Shown here in pieces: positions 9,785 through 19,027 of a stretch of DNA of 32,000 nucleotides. Location: the sequence record MK250016.1. One strand, 5' to 3'. The stretch's first letter is position 1. Each line of letters starts with the position of its first letter. Under the pieces are notes generated by a model. The model saw only the letters and a program-made list of their open reading frames with translations, did no database searches and was not told where the DNA came from. The stretch comes from Prevotella phage Lak-A1. The translations under genes and the position numbers were made by a program.

Positions 9785-10045
9785 ATGAGATTAATTAAGA
9801 TTGGTGCTGAATGGTGTGGTCCATGCGGTGTAATGGATAAGAGATTGGAAAATTTCAATGCATGCGACTACGTTAAATATGATGTTGATAATGAAGACGA
9901 GGAAACACTTGCAGTAATAGATAAGTATAATGTAAGAAATGTTCCGGTTATTATTTTGGAAGGTGATAATGGTGATGAACTTAAGAAATGGGTTGGTCTT
10001 GTATCACTAAATGATATTAATGCGGAAGTTGAAAAAAATAAGTAA
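9785..10045 (+). CDS. Thioredoxin-like protein
   Basis: 86 aa with WCGPC active site (IGAEWCGPCGVMDKRL) and cis-Pro region NVRNVPVIIL. Confidence 0.88.
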   Translation: MRLIKIGAEWCGPCGVMDKRLENFNACDYVKYDVDNEDEETLAVIDKYNVRNVPVIILEGDNGDELKKWVGLVSLNDINAEVEKNK

Positions 10046-10050
10046 TAAAA

Positions 10051-10206
10051 ATGGGAGAAGAACTCACTAATGAAAATAGTGTTATATGTCAGTATTGTAA
10101 TAAACCATATTTTTTTCTTTCTATGAAATGTCCATTTTGTGGTAAGTATAGAAATGATGGTTATTTAATATTTACTGTACCTATTAAAGATAATGAAGGA
10201 TATTAA
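10051..10206 (+). CDS. Small zinc-ribbon-like protein (51 aa)
   Basis: MGEELTNENSVICQYCNKPYFFLSMKCPFCGKYRNDGYLIFTVPIKDNEGY*; two CxxC motifs; ends inside a terminator stem. Confidence 0.6.
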   Translation: MGEELTNENSVICQYCNKPYFFLSMKCPFCGKYRNDGYLIFTVPIKDNEGY

Positions 10207-10229
10207 CACGCAGTTAATATCCTTTTCTT
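10196..10229 (+). terminator. Intrinsic terminator
   Basis: Perfect 12-bp stem AAGGATATTAAC (10196-10207), 5-nt loop, GTTAATATCCTT (10213-10224), then TTCTT. Confidence 0.85.
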
Positions 10230-10298
10230 ATTTAATAAAACTTTTAATTTATTATCGTATATAATATTTGTAACAGAATTTTAATTAAACTTTAAATA

Positions 10299-12221
10299 AT
10301 GAATATCTTAGACAATATTAATGAGAAAATAAATCCATGTGATGACTTTTATAATTATGCTACAGGAAATTGGATAAAGAATAATCCACAGCCTGATGAA
10401 TATCCAACATGGAATGTATTTACAAAGATAGAAGAAGATAATATCGATAGGATTAGAGATATTATTACATCATCAAAAACTGATTCATCTGTAATTAATC
10501 ATAAGATTAATGATTGTTATAATATTATTATGAATTATGATAAGAGAAATAAAGATGGGAAGAAACCATTGATTTCTTATATCAATGAACATGTAAATAA
10601 TCTTAAAACAAATATGGATGTAATTCTTGAATCTGCACGAAATAATATTGAAATGTTTTTTGATACAGGGTTACAACCAGATAGTAAAGGATCAGGTAAA
10701 TATGAAGTTACTATATATCAGGATGGATTAGGTTTAGGAAATAAAGATTACTATTTGAAAGATACTGAAGAAAATCGAAAATATATGAATGCATATTCTC
10801 AATATATTATTGATTTATATGAATATCTGTATAATGATAATAATATTGCGTTAATGGAAAATAATAAGATATTATCAATAGAAAATTTATTGGCACCTGA
10901 TTCATATTCAGTAGAAGAACTTCAAGATCCTATACTTAATTATAATAGAATATCTGTTAATGAATTATCAGAAAAAACATGTTTTGATTGGCGATTATAT
11001 TTAGATACATTAGGTTATACAGAAACAAATGAAGTTATTGTAAGTAATATTGAATTTTTAAAGTGTGCATGTAAACTTCTCTTAACATTAGATACTTCTT
11101 ATTTAAAGACTTTTTATGAATGGCAGGTAATTAATATTGCTGCAACAAAACTTGATGATAAAATATATGACTTAGTGTTTAAGTATAGTCAGGTATTTAC
11201 AGGTGCAAAAGTACAGTATCCGAAAGAAAAAAGAGCAATTAATAAGATTAATAGTGTTTTTTCCGAAGTCATCGGACAAATTTATGTTAAAAAGTATTTT
11301 AATAAAGATTCAAAGAATGATGTTATTAATATTATTGAAAATTTAAAGTCATCATTTGAAACTATTATAAATAGTCAAACATGGATGAGTAATGAAACAA
11401 AAGAAAAAGCATTAGATAAATTACATGCAATGAAACTTAAAATAGGGTATCCAGATAAATTTGAAGATTTTTCTGATATTCCTATTGATATTAATTTAAC
11501 ATATTTTGAAAATTCATTAAATATTCAGGAATATTTTAGAAAGAAAAATATGGAAAAACATTATAATAAGGAAATTGATTATAATGAATGGTATATGGAT
11601 CCTCAGACTATTAATGCTTATTATGATTGTATTCAAAATGAGATTTGTTTTCCTGCTGGTATTCTTCAATATCCATTTTATGATCCTAATAGAGATCCTG
11701 AATATAATTATGGAGCAATAGGTACAATTATAGCCCATGAAATGACACACGCTTTTGATAATCATGGACGACATTATGATAAACATGGTATACTGAATGA
11801 CTGGTGGACTGAAAGTGATTCTAATAAATTCAATGAATTAACAGATATAACAAAAGAACGATTTAATAATCTTGAAGCTTTACCAGGATTAAAATGTGAT
11901 GGTTCTTTAACTTTGGGTGAAAATATAGCAGATTATGGTGGATTGAAGATTGCATATTATGCATGTAAAAATATTATGAAACATGGAATATGTACAACAA
12001 AAATTTGGGAACATAAATTCTTTTTAGCATATGCAAATAATTGGTCTGAAATTACAACTGATGAAGCTATTAAGAATCTGGTCGCAAATAATGAACATAC
12101 TATTAATCGATTACGTGTAAATGGAACACTACCTATGTTTACACCTTGGATAGATTATTATAATGTAAAAAAGACAAATAAATTGTATTTGGATATAGAC
12201 AAACGTGCAAAAATCTGGTAA
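10299..12221 (+). CDS. M13-family (neprilysin/PepO-like) zinc metallopeptidase, no obvious signal peptide
   Basis: INPCDDFYNYATGNWIKNN, INAYYDCIQNEICFPAGILQYPFYDP, IGTIIAHEMTHAFDNHGRHYD (HExxH), SLTLGENIADYGGLKIAY (GENIAD). 640 aa, no in-frame TAG. Confidence 0.93.
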   Translation: MNILDNINEKINPCDDFYNYATGNWIKNNPQPDEYPTWNVFTKIEEDNIDRIRDIITSSKTDSSVINHKINDCYNIIMNYDKRNKDGKKPLISYINEHVNNLKTNMDVILESARNNIEMFFDTGLQPDSKGSGKYEVTIYQDGLGLGNKDYYLKDTEENRKYMNAYSQYIIDLYEYLYNDNNIALMENNKILSIENLLAPDSYSVEELQDPILNYNRISVNELSEKTCFDWRLYLDTLGYTETNEVIVSNIEFLKCACKLLLTLDTSYLKTFYEWQVINIAATKLDDKIYDLVFKYSQVFTGAKVQYPKEKRAINKINSVFSEVIGQIYVKKYFNKDSKNDVINIIENLKSSFETIINSQTWMSNETKEKALDKLHAMKLKIGYPDKFEDFSDIPIDINLTYFENSLNIQEYFRKKNMEKHYNKEIDYNEWYMDPQTINAYYDCIQNEICFPAGILQYPFYDPNRDPEYNYGAIGTIIAHEMTHAFDNHGRHYDKHGILNDWWTESDSNKFNELTDITKERFNNLEALPGLKCDGSLTLGENIADYGGLKIAYYACKNIMKHGICTTKIWEHKFFLAYANNWSEITTDEAIKNLVANNEHTINRLRVNGTLPMFTPWIDYYNVKKTNKLYLDIDKRAKIW

Positions 12222-12241
12222 ATAAAATAAAAACATATAAT

Positions 12242-12490
12242 ATGAGTACAATTATTACTTCAACGTTATTGGTACTATTTGTGTTGTTGTTTATTATGCT
12301 TATTGTAATTTCCGGTCGTATGAGACGTGATTATGAAGATAAGTTACAGATGGAGGAACAGCAAGGGAAAGAAGCATTTAGTGCTGATGTTATAAAGGAA
12401 CAAAAGAACTCACATACAATTAATATTTCTTCAGAAGAATTATCTAATGAAGTAGAGGATGCGAGTATTGTAAATTTTAAGATTAAGTAA
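12242..12490 (+). CDS. Small single-TM membrane protein, unknown function
   Basis: 82 aa; hydrophobic N-terminus ITSTLLVLFVLLFIMLIVISG followed by a charged tail. Confidence 0.6.
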   Translation: MSTIITSTLLVLFVLLFIMLIVISGRMRRDYEDKLQMEEQQGKEAFSADVIKEQKNSHTINISSEELSNEVEDASIVNFKIK

Positions 12491-12526
12491 AACGAGAATT
12501 ATTAATAATAAAATAAGTTAGAAATT

Positions 12527-12982
12527 ATGATGGAATCTGTTATTGCAATCAGTGTAGGTTTCTTTATTATGATGTGTATTATTATAAAGTTTATAGTAAT
12601 TAATAATATTCATGATATTCCTGATATTGTAGATAATACAGATGATGATATTTAGAATACCTTGAAATAGGATGTTCAATATAAGAGTGTATAGGATGTT
12701 GATGGCATAGATGATGTATCTATTAATAGTATTGATGTAAATATTGATACTGATATTATTAATCATGATTTAACATTTAATAATAATGATGAGACCTCTG
12801 ATGATATACAATAGTTAATGCTTTTAATAGAACCTATAGAAGATAATATTAAACAAGTTTCTGAGAATAATAGTAATATATTCCCAGAAACTTTTCGTAT
12901 ATTAAATTTTAGTGCAAAACATGAAAAAGAAATAGATTTATCAGGTACTACTTTAATTTCATTAAGATCTATTAAACAATAA
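12527..12982 (+). CDS. Membrane-anchored acidic protein, unknown; four in-frame TAGs
   Basis: MMESVIAISVGFFIMMCIIIKFIVINNIHDIPDIVDNTDDDI[TAG]NTLK[TAG]DVQYKSV[TAG]DVDGIDD...TSDDI[TAG]QLMLLIEP...SLRSIKQ*; open for 151 aa only if TAG is sense. Confidence 0.65.
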
Positions 12983-13031
12983 TAGTAATTTTTTGTATAA
13001 TATTTAAATGAAAATCTAATTGAAATTAAAT

Positions 13032-13592
13032 ATGAGTTATACTTATAATGAAACACGTACAGATATGCCTGTATATGATGAAGGTACTCGTACGAGAGAA
13101 GATAAGGATATTATCTTTGTAACAACTTAGTCTGATACGGTAAAAACAGATATTGAAGAAGATGAACCATTTGATGAACCTTGTGGTGATCCTGTAGATA
13201 AATCTTTTAATGTACCTATTAAAAAAAATAAGCTTTAGCCACTAAAACCAAATAAGATTGTATTTAAAGAACAAATGTAGATTTCTCATAAGAAAGAAGC
13301 AAACCCTATCTTTAATACAGATAATTTAAATGTGGTTGAGCATCCAAATCATTATGGTGCAGGAAACGGAGGTTTGCAATGTATTGAAGCAATGCTTTAG
13401 ACTTTCGGTAAAAATGCAACAATGGATTTTTGTAAATTGAATGCATTTAAATATATTTGGAGATCTGATCATAAAGATAAGGAAGTTCAGGATATGGAGA
13501 AAGCAAAGAGATACCTTGAGTATTGGCATGTACTTGCAAAACTTAGTGGTAATTCAGATGATGGTTCATTCCATGCATATCTTAATAATTAA
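13032..13592 (+). CDS. DUF3310-like phage protein; four in-frame TAGs
   Basis: MSYTYNETRTDMPVYDEG...; C-terminal VVEHPNHYGAGNGGLQCIEAML[TAG]TFGKNATMDFCKLNAFKYIWRSDHKDKEVQDMEKAKRYLEYW matches the DUF3310 pattern (PxHY...CIE.........FC..NA.KY..R...K......D..KA..YL). Confidence 0.78.
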
Positions 13593-13644
13593 AAATATTT
13601 TTTAAATTGTTAATACTTTATTTTTTTATTTAGGAAATATAGTG

Positions 13645-13652
13645 TATCTTTG
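13645..13652 (+). promoter_or_regulatory. Bacteroidetes-like -7 promoter element (TAnnTTTG)
   Basis: GTGTATCTTTGTATTG about 14 nt upstream of ATG 13666; the -33 element is weak. Confidence 0.4.
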
Positions 13653-13665
13653 TATTGTAAAAATA

Positions 13666-13839
13666 ATGAATAAAGTATTAACAATTAAATATATAAAAAT
13701 TATGATAACATTTCTTTTAGGATTTTTCGGTATTATCTTGTTGTTTGCATTTGCATGTGCAGTAATTCCAGTACTATTTAGTATTATTGGTATGGTATTA
13801 CAATTCATTTGGGCAATTTTGACAGGTGATATACGATAA
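13666..13839 (+). CDS. Small hydrophobic membrane protein (57 aa)
   Basis: MNKVLTIKYIKIMITFLLGFFGIILLFAFACAVIPVLFSIIGMVLQFIWAILTGDIR; the ORF-track start at 13642 is an upstream GTG overlapping the promoter-like element. Confidence 0.55.
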   Translation: MNKVLTIKYIKIMITFLLGFFGIILLFAFACAVIPVLFSIIGMVLQFIWAILTGDIR

Positions 13840-13845
13840 AAATAA

Positions 13846-13893
13846 AGTTTGTTTCAAACTATAAATGAAACTGGCGGCCTGTTATATTTTCTA
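13846..13893 (+). promoter_or_regulatory. Two adjacent hairpins in a leader/intergenic region
   Basis: AGTTTG-TTT-CAAACT (13846-13860), then a GC-rich islet CTGGCGGCCT, then GTTATATTTT-CTA-AAAATATAAC (13871-13893). Confidence 0.4.
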
Positions 13894-13939
13894 AAAATAT
13901 AACTTGTATAATTAATATAAAAATAAAAATATTTTAATT

Positions 13940-14212
13940 ATGCGTACATGGCTTGATAAAAAAACGAATCAATGGGTATCAGAAAGACCTGAAATTACAT
14001 GGACAGGTTTAGTAGATATTAATACTGGTGAAAAAATATTCGAAGATGATACAATTTCTATTATAGATATTTGTACATATCCTATAAAAAACAGAGGACG
14101 TAAAATTATTACATTAAAACCTAATGATAAACATTTTAATATTTGGGCATGTCCTGAATATTATCAAGATGAATGTAAACCAATATTAATTAAGAAAGGA
14201 GATACTAAATGA
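13940..14212 (+). CDS. Hypothetical protein
   Basis: 90-aa ORF, ATGA overlap with the next gene. Confidence 0.6.
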   Translation: MRTWLDKKTNQWVSERPEITWTGLVDINTGEKIFEDDTISIIDICTYPIKNRGRKIITLKPNDKHFNIWACPEYYQDECKPILIKKGDTK

Positions 14213-14925
14213 CTGCAGAATATAATAAAGGTTCAGAATGGTTAAATACTATTTTTAATAAGATTCCTTTTAGCAAAGACTTAGAGAAGTTATGGGATTC
14301 AGAAGAGTATTCAAAACATTATAAAACAGATCATGATACTATAGATATTTCTAAATATGGTCCGTTTTTTGAGACTATTGAAGATGATATTTATAAGTTT
14401 TATGAACTTATGGAATATGGTTGTAATCATTTATGGATGTATTGGCCTTATAATAAAGAGATTGAAGATAACCTCATAAAGTTGGGTCTTATGTCTGGAA
14501 GAAATCGCAATACACGTTGGTATAATGATCTTAAAGAAATTAAGTATGAATATGATTATGAGCCGGGATATATGGGAACTCTAATGAATACATTTGGTAA
14601 TTATAATAAATGTTATTATGATGAAGATTCTATAAGATTTTATCATTTTACATATAATAGTAATTGTCAGTCATTTGGTGGTGTTGTTTTATTTGTAGAT
14701 AGATTACATCATGATATTTATATATTTGGTATAGGTGAAGATGATGGTTGGATGTTTCCTAATACTACATGGTACCATGATTATGAAAAATATGGTATAA
14801 ACAAATACGAATTGTGGCAACTTTGTGCAATGGTAAATGATGTACATGTAGATAATTTTGATAACCAATTGATTATAGAAAAATTGTACAACGAGTATAC
14901 AAAATATGAACACAAAAACATTTGA
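14209..14925 (+). CDS. Hypothetical protein (238 aa)
   Basis: Long ORF translationally coupled to the upstream gene (ATGA). Confidence 0.7.
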   Translation: MTAEYNKGSEWLNTIFNKIPFSKDLEKLWDSEEYSKHYKTDHDTIDISKYGPFFETIEDDIYKFYELMEYGCNHLWMYWPYNKEIEDNLIKLGLMSGRNRNTRWYNDLKEIKYEYDYEPGYMGTLMNTFGNYNKCYYDEDSIRFYHFTYNSNCQSFGGVVLFVDRLHHDIYIFGIGEDDGWMFPNTTWYHDYEKYGINKYELWQLCAMVNDVHVDNFDNQLIIEKLYNEYTKYEHKNI

Positions 14926-15208
14926 TGAATGGTCAAAGTCGTTGGAAACAATGGACTTTGACCATTATTCTTTAGAAATGAAAAACACTATTTTAAAAGG
15001 TAATCTTCCAGATAATGAAAAGAAACTTTTTGAAATTTGTTTTGATTATGTATATAAATTACATAAAGAAAATAAACCATTAGATGTAAAATTACTGCAA
15101 ATTCATCTTGAACAAATTCATGATTTTGAAGAAGTAAAGATGCAGGATTTTATACGTATAGTAATTTTATTAGGATATTGTGGTTTTAATATAACAATGT
15201 TGCATTAA
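14906..15208 (+). CDS. Hypothetical protein (100 aa)
   Basis: Overlaps the upstream gene by 20 nt; MNTKTFDEWSKSLETMDFDHYSLEM... Confidence 0.6.
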   Translation: MNTKTFDEWSKSLETMDFDHYSLEMKNTILKGNLPDNEKKLFEICFDYVYKLHKENKPLDVKLLQIHLEQIHDFEEVKMQDFIRIVILLGYCGFNITMLH

Positions 15209-15268
15209 AATATAAACTTTATTGTAATTTTATAATAAAATATACATAATAAATTAATTCAATTTTTA

Positions 15269-16291
15269 ATGGACGTTACTAAAATAAAAACATATTTAGC
15301 AAGTAATAAAGTTTGTTTTGTTACAAATTCATTAGCAATGCCGAGTACGTTATTAGTTTCATCTCTAAAAACATATATAGAATATATTCCTATATAGAAT
15401 TTCTGGTTAATTCCTGGTATAAGAGATAATAAACCATTTTATGGAATAGATGCATTTCTTTTAATGTTGAATTATTTCTTATCAAATAAGAATTTTGATT
15501 ATGTTATCTATATAGATGAAGATTGTTTTATAACTGATTTTTATTCATTAGTAAATGAATTTATGAATTTTACAGAAAGTGGTTGTGTATTAGCAGGACC
15601 ACAAGATGGTGGAGTTTTTTGTCATAGAAATCATAGTCGATTGATGATTAATACTTTCTTAAGTTTTTGGAATATAAAATTACTTAGAGATAAAAAAATA
15701 ACATTTAATAATATTATTAATTATATTTCTAATGAATTTAAAAATAATTCCAATACTTTATATAAAGATTTTATACAGAAATTAATAATTAATAATGATA
15801 AATTATTATTTACGTATATGAATGAAAAATCAATGAATATGATAAACGATGTAAAAACATTTCGTGAAAGTAGAGTTGATTTACCAAATCATGAAACACC
15901 TTATTGTAAAATAGTAAGAGATGATCCTAATAATAAGATAGAGCCTCATCAAATTCCATATAGTTGGGATGATGATGTTGCAGAAATTAATTTTGAACCT
16001 TATTATATAATTGAACAAGCATTAGTAATATTATCTGATTCACCGATATATTATTTGTTTGGAACAGACTTATATGATTCAGATTATATAAAGAGAAATG
16101 TAACATTTGATACATCAGGATTAACATCTGCAATTTTTTCTTATAAACCAGATAATGAGTTTTATGATAGAAAATTGATTGCTGTTCATACATGGTTTAG
16201 CAGAGCATATACAAAATGGCCTCAAACAGAAGAACAGTTAAATCATACAAAACGAATTAATTCAATTATTAAGAATTTTTCTAGAATTTAA
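15269..16291 (+). CDS. Glycosyltransferase-like protein (GT-A-type nucleotide-sugar binding); one in-frame TAG
   Basis: MDVTKIKTYLASNKVCFVTNSLAMPSTLLVSSLKTYIEYIPI[TAG]NFWLIPGIRDNKPFYGIDAFLL...NFDYVIYIDEDCFITDFYSLV; DED/DxD-like acidic motif after a predicted beta strand; ESGCVLAGPQDGG. Confidence 0.6.
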
Positions 16292-16358
16292 TATAAACTT
16301 TTTAATTAAATTCAACTATAATTAACATAATAAAAACATTTAATAAAGATTAATAATA

Positions 16359-17237
16359 ATGAATTTAGTTTTTAAAAATAAAGGTACTACTGCTGGATTT
16401 GCTGCATGGCTTTCTGCTTTTAAGGAAATTCAAAGTTCACTTCTTATTGAATGTGATTTGAAAGAGCAATGCTTTGTTTCGAAAGGATTTACTGCAGATC
16501 ATACAGTTGTAAAGTATTCTAAGATTTCATTTGATAATGCAGGTTTGGAAATTCTCAATATTAGAGATAATGATAATGTTGCATATTCAGTGGAAGAATG
16601 GAATGAAAAGTATAATGTACGTATTAAGATTGGTATCTTCATGATTCTACCTAAATTTATTTCTGTAATTGATATTTTTAAAGATACAGATTTTAATTTT
16701 ACTGTAGATTTTGATGTATATAAATCACATACTGGTGATGAATTTCATGCACAGGCAATTAAGATTAAATCACGTACAAATAGTATGAAGGTAAAGGATT
16801 GTAATATCTCCGAGTTTGAACAGGTTTCAGATGATTTGTTCTTTACACGAATTAATGTGATTGATAAGCCGATGTCATTTGAGATTCCTATGAGTGTATT
16901 GAAGAATTTGACAAGTATTTCTGGTATTTTTGTAACAGATGCAAAGAAAGATATTATCAAATTTTATACAAAAATTGATGAAGGAACAAACAAATGGGGA
17001 CTTTATGCGTATGATGATACAAATGAGTCTTATGATTATCTCTTAGGCTTTTTGACAAATGGTGAAGGTGTAGAGAATAGTGTTCCTATTTATAGAAGTA
17101 ATTTCTTTACAGCAATTAATTTAAAAGGTGGTGATGATAGTGTTATTATTACATTACCTGCAGATTCAAAACAGAAAGTACGTGTAGAATCAGTTGATGG
17201 TACTTCATATACAGTTTTATCAACTGTAACACAGTAA
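16359..17237 (+). CDS. Possible sliding-clamp-like or structural protein
   Basis: 292 aa, beta-rich; MNLVFKNKGTTAGFAAWLSAF...SKGFTADHTVVKYSKISFDNAGL...MSFEIPMSVLKNL; fold resemblance and location among replication genes only. Confidence 0.35.
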   Translation: MNLVFKNKGTTAGFAAWLSAFKEIQSSLLIECDLKEQCFVSKGFTADHTVVKYSKISFDNAGLEILNIRDNDNVAYSVEEWNEKYNVRIKIGIFMILPKFISVIDIFKDTDFNFTVDFDVYKSHTGDEFHAQAIKIKSRTNSMKVKDCNISEFEQVSDDLFFTRINVIDKPMSFEIPMSVLKNLTSISGIFVTDAKKDIIKFYTKIDEGTNKWGLYAYDDTNESYDYLLGFLTNGEGVENSVPIYRSNFFTAINLKGGDDSVIITLPADSKQKVRVESVDGTSYTVLSTVTQ

Positions 17238-17306
17238 TTAATAAATAATAATTTTAATATTTAATTTTATAAGTTTTTAAGTTTAATTTTTTAAAAATAC
17301 TTTTTA

Positions 17307-18416
17307 ATGGCAAAATTTAATGAATTGACTCAGCGTTATGAGTGGGACGAACCTAAAGATGGTTCATTTAATTGGACTCCATATGAAGATGGATGGAATG
17401 GTACTTCACTTAAGGTGAATAAGAATATTAAGACAAAGAATAATGAGAAGGTATTTAGTCATGAATCTTATGCACAGGAATTGTATGATGCATATGCAAA
17501 TGTTCATGTAATTGGTAGTAAGGAACTTGTTAAGAATTCACTTGTTCATATTTCTGATATTGATACAATTGATGATGATACATTGATGCTTACTATTAAT
17601 GGTGGTTCTAATAATGTAGTTGTTGACCTTAATAAGGAACATCAGTTCTTCAACCAGTTTAATGTTGGTGAAGATAAGACAATGGATAAGGAAATGTTTG
17701 TAGAAGCATTGAAGGATCCTAAGTTTAAGGAACAACTTCTTGGTATGGATTTGAATGCTAAGATTACAGAGGGTGATGTTGAGAAGGCATCTATCTGGAA
17801 TGGTTATGTTGAAACACTTGAACGTGAGATGAAGGAGCAGATCACTAAGAAGTCTAAGGCATATTATGCGACAATTATGTCTACTAATAAGGGTGGATTT
17901 GTTGTTGATATTATGAATACCGTTAAGGCGTTTATGCCAGGTTCTATGGCTGCTGCAAACCGTGTTACTGATTTTGAGAGCATGGTTGGTAAGAAGTTTG
18001 AGGTTATGATTGAATCATATGATCCTAATTATGGATTTGTAGTAAGTCGTAAGAAGTTCTTGAAGACAATGCTTCCTGTTAAGCTTCGTGAACTTGAGGA
18101 TATGTTGGAAACCGATAAGGACCATGTATTTGAGGGTAAGGTAACAGGTACTACATCATTTGGTGTATTCGTAGAGCTTGATGAATTTATTACAGGTATG
18201 TTGCATAAGACACTTGTAAAGGATGAGACACGTGAGGCTATGCGTAATAATGAGATTGTTGCTGGTTCAAATGTACAGGTATATGTACATAAGATTGAGA
18301 AGAATCGTGTAATTTTGTCAGATGTTCCATCTGATGAACGTGATGCGGTTATTGCTCGCCGTGAGGCTGAAGAGGCAGCAGCAGATGCAGAAAAAGAAGA
18401 GAATAAAGTTAATTAA
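17307..18416 (+). CDS. S1 RNA-binding-domain protein
   Basis: 369 aa; EGKVTGTTSFGVFVELDEFITGMLHKTLV...NVQVYVHKIEKNRVILS matches an S1 domain; upstream FEVMIESYDPNYGFVVSRKKFL may be a second degenerate S1 repeat. Confidence 0.8.
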   Translation: MAKFNELTQRYEWDEPKDGSFNWTPYEDGWNGTSLKVNKNIKTKNNEKVFSHESYAQELYDAYANVHVIGSKELVKNSLVHISDIDTIDDDTLMLTINGGSNNVVVDLNKEHQFFNQFNVGEDKTMDKEMFVEALKDPKFKEQLLGMDLNAKITEGDVEKASIWNGYVETLEREMKEQITKKSKAYYATIMSTNKGGFVVDIMNTVKAFMPGSMAAANRVTDFESMVGKKFEVMIESYDPNYGFVVSRKKFLKTMLPVKLRELEDMLETDKDHVFEGKVTGTTSFGVFVELDEFITGMLHKTLVKDETREAMRNNEIVAGSNVQVYVHKIEKNRVILSDVPSDERDAVIARREAEEAAADAEKEENKVN

Positions 18417-18712
18417 TGGAAAATAATAAACTTTTTGGGAACACTGCAGGTAATGTTAATATGCCTGCAGTGAATCCTTTAGATTATCCATCTGAAGTAT
18501 GTCCAAATTGTGGATGCGAAATATTCGTACCAGGTATTATATTTAAGAAAATTCCTGGTGTATTGATTGGACAAGGTTCAGATGATACACAAGTTCCTTT
18601 GAAGATTTTTTATTGTGCTAATTGTAGAGAATTAAGTCCGTATGATAAAAAAATTATTGAAAAAGGAAAGAAGAAAGTAGAAGAATCAAAAAAATCAAAT
18701 TTAATTGTTTAA
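18416..18712 (+). CDS. Zinc-ribbon-like small protein
   Basis: 98 aa; CPNCGCEI...FYCANCREL; start overlaps the upstream stop (TAATG). Confidence 0.65.
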   Translation: MENNKLFGNTAGNVNMPAVNPLDYPSEVCPNCGCEIFVPGIIFKKIPGVLIGQGSDDTQVPLKIFYCANCRELSPYDKKIIEKGKKKVEESKKSNLIV

Positions 18713-18718
18713 ATTAAT

Positions 18719-18955
18719 ATGGAAGATATAAAGGTAATGCAACCATCTGATGGTAATAAGTTCTATATGTGTACCGTTGTAATCGATGCAGAAAATCCTG
18801 ATAATGGAAAACCTAAGAAGCAAACAGAAGTTCATTTGATTGAAGGTCCAACAGTAGGTTTTGTTGAGAAAAAGGTAACAGAGCAAATGGCGGGAACTAT
18901 GTTTTCATGGCATATAAAGAATATAAGTGAGTCAAAGATTCAATTTGTATATTAA
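18719..18955 (+). CDS. Hypothetical protein (78 aa)
   Basis: ORF followed directly by a strong terminator. Confidence 0.6.
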   Translation: MEDIKVMQPSDGNKFYMCTVVIDAENPDNGKPKKQTEVHLIEGPTVGFVEKKVTEQMAGTMFSWHIKNISESKIQFVY

Positions 18956-18973
18956 TATAAATTTTATTAACAT

Positions 18974-19016
18974 AAGGATATTATCAAATTTAATTCTTTG
19001 ATAATATCCTTTTTAT
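18974..19016 (+). terminator. Intrinsic terminator
   Basis: 15-bp stem AAGGATATTATCAAA (18974-18988) / TTTGATAATATCCTT (18997-19011), then a T tract. Confidence 0.87.
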
Positions 19017-19027
19017 TTTTATCTACT

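Noticed and set aside
12518-13529. Minus-strand ORFs 12518..12766, 12763..13056 and 13326..13529
   Set aside because: They are antisense to two plus-strand genes that are open once TAG is sense, one with a DUF3310-like motif.
18998-19027. Annotated start of the Thg1-like ORF at 18998
   Set aside because: These codons lie in the preceding terminator stem; the family-like N-terminus begins at ATG 19028.
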